A stretch of DNA of 35,411 nt from Actinomycetota bacterium (GTDB lineage Bacteria; Actinomycetota; Acidimicrobiia; IMCC26256; VFJJ01), in NCBI GenBank assembly GCA_009886115.1, contig VFJJ01000065.1, positions 1-35,411 on the forward strand, given 5' to 3'. The notes beneath the pieces were generated by a model. The model saw nothing but the letters and a program-made list of their open reading frames with translations. It was not told the DNA's origin and ran no database searches. How positions within the stretch are numbered: position 1 is the stretch's first letter; every line of letters starts with the position of its first letter. The position numbers were made by a program, and so were the translations under genes. Shown here piece after piece: positions 19,283-28,063 of the stretch.

Positions 19283-19525
19283 GTGGACGAGCGCATCGAG
19301 CATCTGTGCCGCGACTCGGCCTACACGGCCCTGGGACTTGCCGTGCTGGCCTTCCAACGTCTCCAGGTCGAGCGTCGGGGGCTCGAGTCGCGGCTGCGAG
19401 CATCGTGCGACGCGGCGTCGGCGGGTTCGCTCGTCGACGACCTGGTCGCGCGAGTGATCCCGGTCGGACAGGAGCTGTTCCGGGCCGTCGCCCGTGCGAG
19501 CGGGGCGTCGGGCCAGCGCGACTGA
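19283..19525 (+). CDS. Small helical hypothetical protein (phasin/HBHA-like N-terminus)
   Basis: RDSAYTALGLAVLAFQRLQVERR. TAGGAT lies 7 nt before the GTG, and the ORF fills the gap between two + strand genes. Confidence 0.6.
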   Translation: MDERIEHLCRDSAYTALGLAVLAFQRLQVERRGLESRLRASCDAASAGSLVDDLVARVIPVGQELFRAVARASGASGQRD

Positions 19526-19573
19526 TCGGCGGCGGATGGCCTCGGCGGCGGGGCCCACGCCTACGCTCCCGAC

Positions 19574-20512
19574 ATGCTCGCCGTGCTCGCCGGAGGAGTC
19601 GGTGCGGCCCGGTTCCTCCGGGGCCTGGTCCAGATCGTGCCGACCGATGAGATCGTGGTCGTCGTCAACACCGGCGACGACGACGTCTTCCATGGCCTGC
19701 ACGTCTCGCCCGACATCGACACGATCACCTACACGCTCGGCAACGGCATCAACCCCGACACGGGGTGGGGCCTGGCCGGCGACACCTTCCGTGTCCTCGG
19801 GGCGCTCGAACGATACGGCGCGCCCACCTGGTTCCGGCTCGGCGACGCCGATCTGGCGACGCACCTGTACCGGACCGAACGGCTGGCCAGCGGCTCGACG
19901 CTCTCGGAGGTGACAGCCGACATCGCTCGGGCCTGGGGCCTGGGCTTCACGGTCGTGCCGATGAGTGACGATCCGATCGCGACCCGCCTGTCGACCCCGG
20001 ACGGCGAGGAGCTGCGGATGCAGGAGTGGTTCGTGCAGCTCCGGGCCGGGCCCGAGGTCACTGCCGTGCGATTCGAGGGAGCGGCGACGGCACGTGCGGC
20101 CCCCGGTGTCATCGAGGCGTTGCGCGAGGCCGAGGCCATCGTGGTGTGCCCGTCGAACCCGATCATCTCGATCGGCCCGATCCTCGCGGTGCCGGGCGTG
20201 CTCGAGGCCCTCCAGGCCCGCCGGGCGCGCGTCGTCGGGGTGAGCCCGATCATCGCCGGGGCCACGGTGAAAGGACCGGCCGACCGTCTGTTGCGTTCAC
20301 TCGGGCACGAGGTCTCGTGCGTGGGGGTGGCCCGGCTGTTCAGCGCTTGGTGCTCGACGCTGGTCATCGACGAGGCCGACGAGGCCCGGGCCCCCCAGGT
20401 CGCCGCCGTCGGGACGAGCGCCGTGGTCGCTCCGACCCTCATGACCGGACCGGCCGAAGCGGCGGCGCTGGCACGGGTCGTGCTCGACGCCGTCGGGATC
20501 GCGCACACGTGA
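19574..20512 (+). CDS. cofD: 2-phospho-L-lactate/PEP transferase (F420 biosynthesis, CofD/FbiA)
   Basis: Motifs LAGGVGAARFL, NTGDD, SPDIDT, WFRLGDADLATHLYRT, PSNPIISIGPIL and KGPAD. Confidence 0.96.
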   Translation: MLAVLAGGVGAARFLRGLVQIVPTDEIVVVVNTGDDDVFHGLHVSPDIDTITYTLGNGINPDTGWGLAGDTFRVLGALERYGAPTWFRLGDADLATHLYRTERLASGSTLSEVTADIARAWGLGFTVVPMSDDPIATRLSTPDGEELRMQEWFVQLRAGPEVTAVRFEGAATARAAPGVIEALREAEAIVVCPSNPIISIGPILAVPGVLEALQARRARVVGVSPIIAGATVKGPADRLLRSLGHEVSCVGVARLFSAWCSTLVIDEADEARAPQVAAVGTSAVVAPTLMTGPAEAAALARVVLDAVGIAHT

Positions 20513-20543
20513 GAGGCCGAGATCCGATGCGTCGGAGCGACCG

Positions 20544-21251
20544 ATGACCGAGCTGCGCATCTTCCCCGTCGCCGGTATCGGCGAGATCAGGCCCGACGAC
20601 GACCTGGCCCAGATCATCGCCGATGCGGCCGAGCAGGCCGCCACCCCGCTCGCCGACGGCGACTGCCTGGTGGTGACGCAGAAGATCGTGTCGAAGGCCG
20701 AGGGCCGTCTCGTCGCCGTCGACCACGACGACCTGGGGGCCCGAGCGGCGCTGGTCGAAGCCGAATCGGCCCGGATCGTCCGACGGCGAGGCGACCTCAT
20801 CATCAGCGAGACCCGCCACGGGTTCGTGTGCGCCAACGCCGGGATCGACCTCTCCAACGTCGAGCTGGGCTACGCGGCGCTGCTCCCGCTCGATCCCGAC
20901 TTCTCGGCGCACCGCATCCGGCAGCGGCTCGGCCAGCGCGGCCTCCGGGTGGCCGTGATCATCTCCGACACCTTCGGTCGCCCCTGGCGGACCGGCGTCA
21001 CCGACGTCGCCATCGGGGTGAGCGGGCTCGTCGCCGTGCTCGACCTGCGGGGGACCGCCGACGCCCAGGGTCGCATCCTGCAGGTGACCGAGGTCTGCCT
21101 GGCCGACGAGGTCGCCTCCGCCGCGGAGTTGGTGATGGGCAAGGCCCTGGGCCACCCGGCAGCGGTGGTCCGCGGCCTCGATCCCTCGTTCTTCGGCGAC
21201 GGCCGAGCCGCCGACATCGTGCGACCCCCCGCCGAGGACCTCTTCCGCTGA
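20544..21251 (+). CDS. cofE: Coenzyme F420-0:L-glutamate ligase (stand-alone CofE)
   Basis: Motifs VTQKIVSKAEGR, CANAGIDLSNV, SDTFGRPWR and the C-terminal DLFR. Confidence 0.95.
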   Translation: MTELRIFPVAGIGEIRPDDDLAQIIADAAEQAATPLADGDCLVVTQKIVSKAEGRLVAVDHDDLGARAALVEAESARIVRRRGDLIISETRHGFVCANAGIDLSNVELGYAALLPLDPDFSAHRIRQRLGQRGLRVAVIISDTFGRPWRTGVTDVAIGVSGLVAVLDLRGTADAQGRILQVTEVCLADEVASAAELVMGKALGHPAAVVRGLDPSFFGDGRAADIVRPPAEDLFR

Positions 21252-21325
21252 CACCGGACGCACTCGACTCATCCGGGCAGTTCAAACCCGGTCCTGGCCG
21301 GGCTAAGTTGTGATATTCTCCGTCC

Positions 21326-21583
21326 ATGACGGCCCACATCGTGAACACGCACGAGGCCAAGAGCCGACTGTCGGAACTCATCCGAGAAGCCGAGGAGGGC
21401 CGCGATGTCATCGTGGCCAGGAACGGTCGGCCGGTGGCGAAGATCATCCCCTGGCCGCCGGCTCGACCGGCGCGGGTGTCGGGCTCCTGGGCCGGTCGGG
21501 TCGAGTACCTGTCGGACGTGGTCGGCCCCGACGACGAGGTCGCAACGCTGGTGTGCGACTCGGCTCAGCGCGATCTGCCGTGA
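21326..21583 (+). CDS. Phd/YefM family antitoxin
   Basis: VNTHEAKSRLSELIREAEEGRDVIVARNGRPVAKIIP. TATTCT lies 6 nt before the ATG. Confidence 0.92.
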   Translation: MTAHIVNTHEAKSRLSELIREAEEGRDVIVARNGRPVAKIIPWPPARPARVSGSWAGRVEYLSDVVGPDDEVATLVCDSAQRDLP

Positions 21584-21960
21584 GGCTGCTCATCGACAGC
21601 CACGTGGCGTTGTGGTGGCTCGACGACCATCTCTCACTCGGAGCAACGTGTCGGGCGAGTCTCCAGTCTGCCGACGAGGTGTTCTTCTCCGCGGTCACGC
21701 CGTGGGAGTTGGGGATCAAGCGGGCGCTGGGAAAGGTCGTGTTCCCCGACTCGCTCGGCGATGCGCTCGAAGCCGCGGGTTTCGTGCCGCTGTCGATCTC
21801 CGTGGCCCACGCCGAACGGGCCCCGGGGTTGGAGCAGCATCATCACGATCCCTTCGACCGACTGCTCGTGGCCCAAGCTCAGCTCGAGTCCCTCGTGCTG
21901 GTCACGGCCGATCGAGCGTTGCGGCCCTACGACATCGAGATGCTCGACGCCCGTCTCTGA
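21580..21960 (+). CDS. vapC: PIN-domain VapC toxin
   Basis: Motifs MRLLIDSHVALWW, SAVTPWELGIK, HHDPFDRLLVAQA and LVTAD. It has a GTGA overlap with the antitoxin. Confidence 0.93.
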   Translation: MRLLIDSHVALWWLDDHLSLGATCRASLQSADEVFFSAVTPWELGIKRALGKVVFPDSLGDALEAAGFVPLSISVAHAERAPGLEQHHHDPFDRLLVAQAQLESLVLVTADRALRPYDIEMLDARL

Positions 21961-21988
21961 CCCGACCAGGGCTACGAGGCAGCGGCGT

Positions 21989-22933
21989 TCACCCCTTGTG
22001 CGTCTTGAAGTGCTCGATGGTCTGACGCAGGCCGTCCTCGAGCGTCGTGAACGGCTTCCACCCCAGGTGCACCTCGGCCCGGTGCGGATCGAGCGCCGAG
22101 CGCAACAGCTCACCGGTGCGAGCGCCGGCGTAGCGCGCCGGCTCCTTGTAGCCCATCACCTGCGCCATGGTGTCGTAGAGCGTCTGCACCGAGGTCTCCT
22201 CCCCGGTCCCGATGTTGAAGAGGAGCGCGTCACCCCGCTCGACGGCCCGCACGAGCGAATCGACGACATCGTCGACGAACACGAAGTCGCGCGTCTGCTG
22301 ACCGTCACCGAAGATCGTGGGACGTTCGCGTGCGAGCATCTTCCCAGCGAAGATCGAGACCACGCCGGCCTCGCCGTGCGGATCCTGCCGGGGTCCGTAC
22401 ACGTTGGCGAAGGCCATCGCCGAATACGCGAGACCGTGGATCTCGCGATAGAAGTGCGCGTAGTCGGACAGCACCTTCTTGGCGATCCCGTAGGGCGAGA
22501 TCGGCCGCTGCGGATGGCCCTCCCGGGTCGGGATCTCCTCGGGCGTGCCGTAGATCGTGCCGCCCGAGCTGGCGAAGACGACCTTGCGGGTCCCGGCGGC
22601 GAGCGCTCCCTGGAACACGTTGAGCGAGCCGATGATGTTCACCTCGGCGTCGAACACGGGGCGGCTGATCGAGACTCTCACGTCGGCTTGTGCCGCGAGG
22701 TGGAAGATGACCTCCGGCTTGCGATGCGCCACCAGATCGACCACCCCCGGCGATCGGATGTCCATGCGGTGGAACGAGAATCGCCGCGAGCGATCGGTGC
22801 GGGCCTCAGCCAGGTTCGCCAACGACCCCGTTGAGAGATCGTCGACCACGTCGACCTCGTGACCCTCGGCGAGGAGCCGGTCGACGAGCGTCGACCCGAT
22901 GAATCCGGCTCCTCCAGTGACCATCGTGCGCAC
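21989..22933 (-). CDS. NAD-dependent epimerase/dehydratase (UDP-glucose 4-epimerase-like)
   Basis: Motifs TGGAGFIGS, HLAAQ, ASSGG, the YxxxK motif YGIAK and NVYGPRQ. Confidence 0.92.
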   Translation of the reverse strand: MRTMVTGGAGFIGSTLVDRLLAEGHEVDVVDDLSTGSLANLAEARTDRSRRFSFHRMDIRSPGVVDLVAHRKPEVIFHLAAQADVRVSISRPVFDAEVNIIGSLNVFQGALAAGTRKVVFASSGGTIYGTPEEIPTREGHPQRPISPYGIAKKVLSDYAHFYREIHGLAYSAMAFANVYGPRQDPHGEAGVVSIFAGKMLARERPTIFGDGQQTRDFVFVDDVVDSLVRAVERGDALLFNIGTGEETSVQTLYDTMAQVMGYKEPARYAGARTGELLRSALDPHRAEVHLGWKPFTTLEDGLRQTIEHFKTHKG

Positions 22934-22948
22934 AGCGTGTCCCCCTCG

Positions 22949-24049
22949 TCAGGCACCGATCGAGGGCGGGTTGACCCGGGCCCCGACCATGCTCGTTCCC
23001 ATGCCCACCACGGCGTCGGCACCGACGACGCTGATCCCGGAGATCGCGGCGCCGTCGTCGACCCGTGATCGCATCCCCACCACGGAATCTTCGACGACGG
23101 TCGACGAGCCGACGTGGGCCTCGGCCAGCAACACCGACCGAGCCACCACCGCCCCCGGTCCGACATGGGCGCCGGCGCCGATCACCGTGGCCGAGACCTT
23201 GGCTCCGGCGCCCACCACGCACCCGTCGCCGAGGAGCACCGGCGCCTCGAGGACCGCCGAATCGTCGACCGAGCTGGAGCCGTCATGCCAGATCCCCGGT
23301 GCCGACTCGGTCGCTCCGGGCAGCGGCGGCCGCCCGAGGAGACCCGCGAGCACGTCGGCATTGGCGGTGAGGAACTGTTGGGGCACGCCCATGTCGAGCC
23401 AGTAGGCCGTGCTCTGCATGGCGTAGAGGGAGCCGCCCTGTTCGAGCATCCTCGGGAAGGTGGCCCGCTCGATCGAGACGTTCACGCCCAGCGGGATGCG
23501 ATCGAGCATGTGGGGCTCGAGCACGTAGGTCCCGGCGTTGATCCAGTCGGTCGGGGCCCGTCCCGGATCGGGCTTCTCGACGAAGGCGATGACCCGTCCG
23601 TCGTCGCGTGTGGGCACCACCCCGAAGCGGGACGGGTCGCTGACCCGCGTCAGCGAGATCGTGGCCTCGGCCCGGCGGGCGCCGTGGAAGTCGATCAGCG
23701 ATCCGAGATCGAGGTCGGTGAGCACGTCGCCGTTGCACACGACGAAGCGCTCGGCGATACCGGCGACCTCGGCTGCGTAGCGGATGGCGCCCGCGGTGCC
23801 GAGCGGTACGTCCTCGACGGCGTAGTGCAGGCGGACCCCGCCATAGTGGCCCTCGGGGAAGCGGGCCCTGAACGCGTCGGGGAGGTACCCGATCGAGAGC
23901 ACGACCTCGTCGATGCCGTACCGGGCCAACCACGTGAGTTGGCGCTCGCAGAACGGCTGGTTGGCGACGGGCAGGAGCGGCTTGGGCGTGGTGTAGGTGA
24001 GCGGGCGGAGACGTGTTCCCTCGCCACCGACCAGCACGACCGCCTTCAC
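22949..24049 (-). CDS. NDP-sugar pyrophosphorylase (mannose-1-phosphate guanylyltransferase-like)
   Basis: Motifs LVGGEGTRLRPLT..PKP, PLGTAG, NGD, FVEKP and INAGTY, plus C-terminal hexapeptide repeats. Confidence 0.92.
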   Translation of the reverse strand: MKAVVLVGGEGTRLRPLTYTTPKPLLPVANQPFCERQLTWLARYGIDEVVLSIGYLPDAFRARFPEGHYGGVRLHYAVEDVPLGTAGAIRYAAEVAGIAERFVVCNGDVLTDLDLGSLIDFHGARRAEATISLTRVSDPSRFGVVPTRDDGRVIAFVEKPDPGRAPTDWINAGTYVLEPHMLDRIPLGVNVSIERATFPRMLEQGGSLYAMQSTAYWLDMGVPQQFLTANADVLAGLLGRPPLPGATESAPGIWHDGSSSVDDSAVLEAPVLLGDGCVVGAGAKVSATVIGAGAHVGPGAVVARSVLLAEAHVGSSTVVEDSVVGMRSRVDDGAAISGISVVGADAVVGMGTSMVGARVNPPSIGA

Positions 24050-24071
24050 CTGATCGCCCCTCCCTCTCGGA

Positions 24072-25358
24072 TCAAGCCGTGGTCGTCGTGGGACGAGCCG
24101 TCGTGGTGGTGCCCGCCGCTCGCGTCGTGCTCGCCGCTCCGGCTGGAGCGGTCGTGGCCCCCGACGGGGTGGTGGAGCCGCCGGCCGTCGTGGCCGTGGG
24201 GTCGGCGGGGATCGTCGTTTCGCCGGGGACGGTGGTCTCGCCGGGGAGAGGGAGGGTCGGCGTGGTGACGACCGTCCCCGCTTCGCCGCCGTCGACCGGG
24301 TTGACGAAGTTGCCCTGCAACGCCGCAGCGGCGCTCGGCGGAACGCCGAGCGGCACGTCGTCGGGGAGGAAGGCGATGGTGACGACCTCGTGGTTCTTGG
24401 CCACGTACCTCGCCGGATCGCCCTCCTGCTCGACGGGACCCTGCGAGTACCCCTGGAGGCTCGGTTCGTAGACGGCCACGGCCCAACGGAGGGTGCCCTC
24501 CCGGCCACCGAGGTTCGGGCACTCGTCGCCGTTGGTGAACGTGGCGCTGTCCTTGATCTCGGTCGTGGCGGCGGTCGTGGGCGTCGTCACGGGTGTCCCC
24601 GCTGCCGTCGTCGCGGTGGTGGCGCCGGTTCCCGCTGTCGTGGTCGCCGTGGTCGCCGCACCGGTGGTGGAGGTCGATGCGGCCTGGGCGTGGACGCGGG
24701 CGTGACCGTCGATGCTGGCGCCCAGCGACTCGCCGTCGGCCGTGGTCGTCGTCGCTCCGGCGGCCGTGGTGGCGGTGGCCGTCGCCGGCACCGTGGCCGT
24801 GGCCGTGGTGGCGGTGGCCGTCGGGACGGTCGTGGGAGGAACCGTGGGGTACGTGGTGGTCTCGATCGGGGTGTCACCCTCGGTCCCGACGATCACCAGC
24901 CCGTCACCCTTGGCCTTGATCTGGCCCGGGTTGAACTCGTAGCGCAGCGGCGTGTCCGGGGCCCCGGCGAGACCCTCGCCCTGGGGCGGGTCGAGGAAGT
25001 GCTCGACGGTGGCGTTCTCGAACGCTCCCCGGTCGTCGAACGGGTGCATGTGGATGAGCCCGTCGCCGTGGCTGTGGATGCCCACCGAACTCTCGTACTC
25101 GGGAATCAAGGGTTGCCAGATGCCGCAGAGGTTCACCCCGTAGGCCGCGTGCCAATGGTCCTGGGCGTCGGCGCTCGGACCGACGAGACCGGCTGGGGTC
25201 CCGTAGAGGTCGTCGTCGTTCCGGCTCACCGCGATGAGCAGCAGACCCACGAGGACCACGCCGGTGACGGTGAGGTTCCAGGTGGTGAGCATCTTGCGCT
25301 GCACCCTCACCCGGGGTGAACGGCGCGCGATCTTCTTGCGAGAGGAGGCCTTGCCCAT
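24072..25358 (-). CDS. Membrane-anchored surface protein with His motifs and Thr/Ala-rich regions
   Basis: Basic N-terminus, one TM, motifs DHWHAAYG and GIHSHGDGLIHMHP, two Cys, an internal T/A linker and a T/P tail. Confidence 0.8.
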   Translation of the reverse strand: MGKASSRKKIARRSPRVRVQRKMLTTWNLTVTGVVLVGLLLIAVSRNDDDLYGTPAGLVGPSADAQDHWHAAYGVNLCGIWQPLIPEYESSVGIHSHGDGLIHMHPFDDRGAFENATVEHFLDPPQGEGLAGAPDTPLRYEFNPGQIKAKGDGLVIVGTEGDTPIETTTYPTVPPTTVPTATATTATATVPATATATTAAGATTTTADGESLGASIDGHARVHAQAASTSTTGAATTATTTAGTGATTATTAAGTPVTTPTTAATTEIKDSATFTNGDECPNLGGREGTLRWAVAVYEPSLQGYSQGPVEQEGDPARYVAKNHEVVTIAFLPDDVPLGVPPSAAAALQGNFVNPVDGGEAGTVVTTPTLPLPGETTVPGETTIPADPTATTAGGSTTPSGATTAPAGAASTTRAAGTTTTARPTTTTA

Positions 25359-25369
25359 GGCCGTTCAGG

Positions 25370-26347
25370 CTAGTTGGCGCGCCGGAAGCCCCCGGAACGC
25401 GCGCCCGAACGGGCACCGACGCCCTGCAGCCAACGATGAACCACTGCGAGCGTCCCCCGGGCCGCGATGCCCAGGCCCAGCAGCGGTAGCGACAGCCGCC
25501 GAACACCGGTGGCCCGGGTACGCGTGTAGAGCCACATCGAACGATGATGCTCGACGAGCATCCGGTAGGGCCGCCGCGAGGTGGCCGTGCCGCCCAGGTG
25601 CACGACCCGGGCGCCGGGCTCGTAGACGACGCTCCACCCGGCCCGCCCGAGCCGCCAGCACAGGTCGACGTCCTCCATGTACATGAAGTAACGCTCGTCC
25701 CAGCCCCCGATGTCGTCGAGCGCCTCGCGGCGCAGCCACACGGCCGAGCCCGAGACCCAGTCGACCTTGCGGGTGACGGCCGGATCGGCTGCGGTCTGGC
25801 GGTAGCGCCTGCTGAACGGGTTGTCGCGCCACCAGAAGAACAGGACCCCGTGGCCCAGGGCGTCGAGCAACGACGGGAACGAGCGAGCGCCGGGGTACGG
25901 CGTGCCGTCGGCCTCGTCGATGCGCGGGCCGACGGCCCCGATGCGCGCATCGGCTGCGAAGCGCGCCATGACCGCAGCCGCCGATCCGCGAACCGTGGTG
26001 GTGTCGGGGTTGAGCACCGCGACCACGGACGTACGGGCCACCGCGATGCCCCGATTCGCCGCCCTGGCGTAGCCGAGATTCTCGCCAGCGGTGATCACGC
26101 GAACCTGCGGCAGGGCATCGACGGTCGCCACCGAGCCGTCGGTCGAGTCGTTGTCGACCACCACGACCTCGACCCGGCCGGCGCTCGTGTCGGCGAGCAG
26201 CGAGTGCACGCACGACGCGAGCAGCGGACCCCCGTCGTAGTTGACCACGACGGCCGTCCACCTGATTTCGGCGTCGGCATCGGGTCGGGCTCCGCCTTCG
26301 GCTCCGGAGCGGCCGTCGGCACGAGCAGACTCCGGCGCCGGGGTCAC
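25370..26347 (-). CDS. GT2 glycosyltransferase, WbbL-like (rhamnosyltransferase-like)
   Basis: Motifs VVVNY, VDNDSTD, NLGYARAANRG, LNPD, DWVSGS and DERYFMYMEDVDLC. A GTGA overlap start at 26347 is preferred over 26377. Confidence 0.9.
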   Translation of the reverse strand: MTPAPESARADGRSGAEGGARPDADAEIRWTAVVVNYDGGPLLASCVHSLLADTSAGRVEVVVVDNDSTDGSVATVDALPQVRVITAGENLGYARAANRGIAVARTSVVAVLNPDTTTVRGSAAAVMARFAADARIGAVGPRIDEADGTPYPGARSFPSLLDALGHGVLFFWWRDNPFSRRYRQTAADPAVTRKVDWVSGSAVWLRREALDDIGGWDERYFMYMEDVDLCWRLGRAGWSVVYEPGARVVHLGGTATSRRPYRMLVEHHRSMWLYTRTRATGVRRLSLPLLGLGIAARGTLAVVHRWLQGVGARSGARSGGFRRAN

Positions 26348-27117
26348 GAGACGAAGCGGTATTTCACGAGCGTCCACAGGGCAACCAGGCCGTCGCGCCA
26401 GGAGATCTTCTTGCCCTCGCTGAAGTCGCGCCCCGAGTACGAGATCGGTACCTCATAGACGCGCACGCCCCGCCGCAGCAGCTTGGCGGTGATCTCGGGC
26501 TCGAAGTCGAAGCGATCGGCACGCAGCTTCAGGCCGTCGAGATGCCGTTTGTCGATCAGCTTGTAACACGTCTCCATGTCGCTGATCGTGGAGTTGTAGA
26601 GCACGTTCGTGACGAGCGACAGGAAGCGGTTACCAACCCAGTGCCAGAAGAACATGTTCCGCCGCTCACCGGTGAAGCGCGAGCCGTAGACGACTTGCGC
26701 CTTGCCCTTGATCAGCGGCGCGAGGAGGCGAGGCCAGTCCTCGGGGTCGTACTCGAGGTCGGCGTCCTGCACGAGCACCACGTCGCCGGTGACGAGCGCC
26801 AATCCCGTGCGGATCGCCGCACCCTTGCCCCGGTTGCGGTCGTGGAGCCGCACCCGAACCGTGCTGTCCTCGAGCTGGGGCAGGATCTGACGCGTCCCGT
26901 CGGTGCTGCCGTCGTCGACCACGATGATCTCGAGAGAGATGGGGAGCTCGACGGCGCGCATCCGCCGCACGATCTCGGCGATGGTGTTGCGCTCGTTGAA
27001 GACCGGGACCACCACCGACAGGCGGCGATACTCGACCAACGGCAGCGCACCGCGCCCCAGGTGGTGCTGCCGACTCGACTGCAGTGTCTCGTCGGGGTCA
27101 GAGGCGTCCGTGGTCAC
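26344..27117 (-). CDS. GT2 glycosyltransferase, DPM1-like (polyprenol-phosphate sugar synthase)
   Basis: Motifs [45 protein letters not shown] and EGKKI. Confidence 0.92.
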   Translation of the reverse strand: MTTDASDPDETLQSSRQHHLGRGALPLVEYRRLSVVVPVFNERNTIAEIVRRMRAVELPISLEIIVVDDGSTDGTRQILPQLEDSTVRVRLHDRNRGKGAAIRTGLALVTGDVVLVQDADLEYDPEDWPRLLAPLIKGKAQVVYGSRFTGERRNMFFWHWVGNRFLSLVTNVLYNSTISDMETCYKLIDKRHLDGLKLRADRFDFEPEITAKLLRRGVRVYEVPISYSGRDFSEGKKISWRDGLVALWTLVKYRFVS

Positions 27118-28063
27118 GTTCTCTCCGGTAGCGATCGATCACCCTGACCAGCCCGTCCCGCAGAGCGATCTCGGGCTGCCAGCCGAGCACCTGGCGGGCC
27201 AAGGTGATGTCGGGGCGCCGTACCCTCGGATCGTCGGACGGCAGCGGGTGTCGCACCAGCTCCGACGACGAGCCCGTCAGCTCGAGTATCTGCTGGGCCA
27301 GCTCCGCGATGGTGAACTCGTCAGGGTTGCCGATGTTCATCGGCCCGTTCCAGCTCGACTCCAACAACATGAGGATGCCACGGGCCTCGTCGTCGACGTA
27401 GCAGAACGATCGGGTCTGACTGCCGTCGCCGTAGATGGTGATGGGCTCGCCGAGCAGTGCCTGCCTCACGAAGTTCGACACCACCCGGCCGTCGCCCGGG
27501 GCCAGCAACGGCCCGTAGGTGTTGAAGATCCGCACGATCTTGACGTCGAGGCCGAACTCCCGGTGATACGACATCGAGAGGGCCTCGGCGAAACGCTTGG
27601 CCTCGTCGTAGACAGACCTGACCCCCACGGGATTCACGTTGCCCCAGTACGACTCGGGCTGCGGGTTCACCAAGGGATCGCCGTAGATCTCGCTCGTGGA
27701 TGCGAGCAGGAACCGGGCCCCCGTCGAGCGGGCCAGGTCGAGGCCCGTGTGCGTGCCCCGTGATCCGACCATCAGGGTCTCGATGGGATGCGCCAGGTAC
27801 TCGGGGGGGCTCGCCGCGCTGGCGAAGTGCAAGACGGCGTCGACGGGACCCGCGACCGGGAGCGCTTCGCAGACGTCGTGCTCGATGAAGCTGAACCGTG
27901 GATCGACGACGAGATCGTCGAGATTCGAGCGCCGACCCGTGATGAAGTTGTCGAGCCCGACGACCTCCCAGCCGCGCGCCAGCAACCCTCGGCACAGTTC
28001 CGAAGGCAAGAAGCCTGCAGCTCCCGTGACGACGGCGCGCCCCGCGCTCCCGGGACGCGTCAT
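27098..28063 (-). CDS. uxs: UDP-glucuronic acid decarboxylase family (UDP-xylose synthase)
   Basis: Motifs [36 protein letters not shown] and QTRSFCYV. It has an ATGA overlap with ugd. Confidence 0.9.
   Translation of the reverse strand: MTRPGSAGRAVVTGAAGFLPSELCRGLLARGWEVVGLDNFITGRRSNLDDLVVDPRFSFIEHDVCEALPVAGPVDAVLHFASAASPPEYLAHPIETLMVGSRGTHTGLDLARSTGARFLLASTSEIYGDPLVNPQPESYWGNVNPVGVRSVYDEAKRFAEALSMSYHREFGLDVKIVRIFNTYGPLLAPGDGRVVSNFVRQALLGEPITIYGDGSQTRSFCYVDDEARGILMLLESSWNGPMNIGNPDEFTIAELAQQILELTGSSSELVRHPLPSDDPRVRRPDITLARQVLGWQPEIALRDGLVRVIDRYRRERDHGRL

Noticed and set aside
21310..21960. 216-aa extended toxin ORF or antitoxin-toxin fusion
   Set aside because: The PIN domain starts at GTG 21580 in a standard GTGA overlap. 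The upstream extension is off-frame antitoxin sequence.
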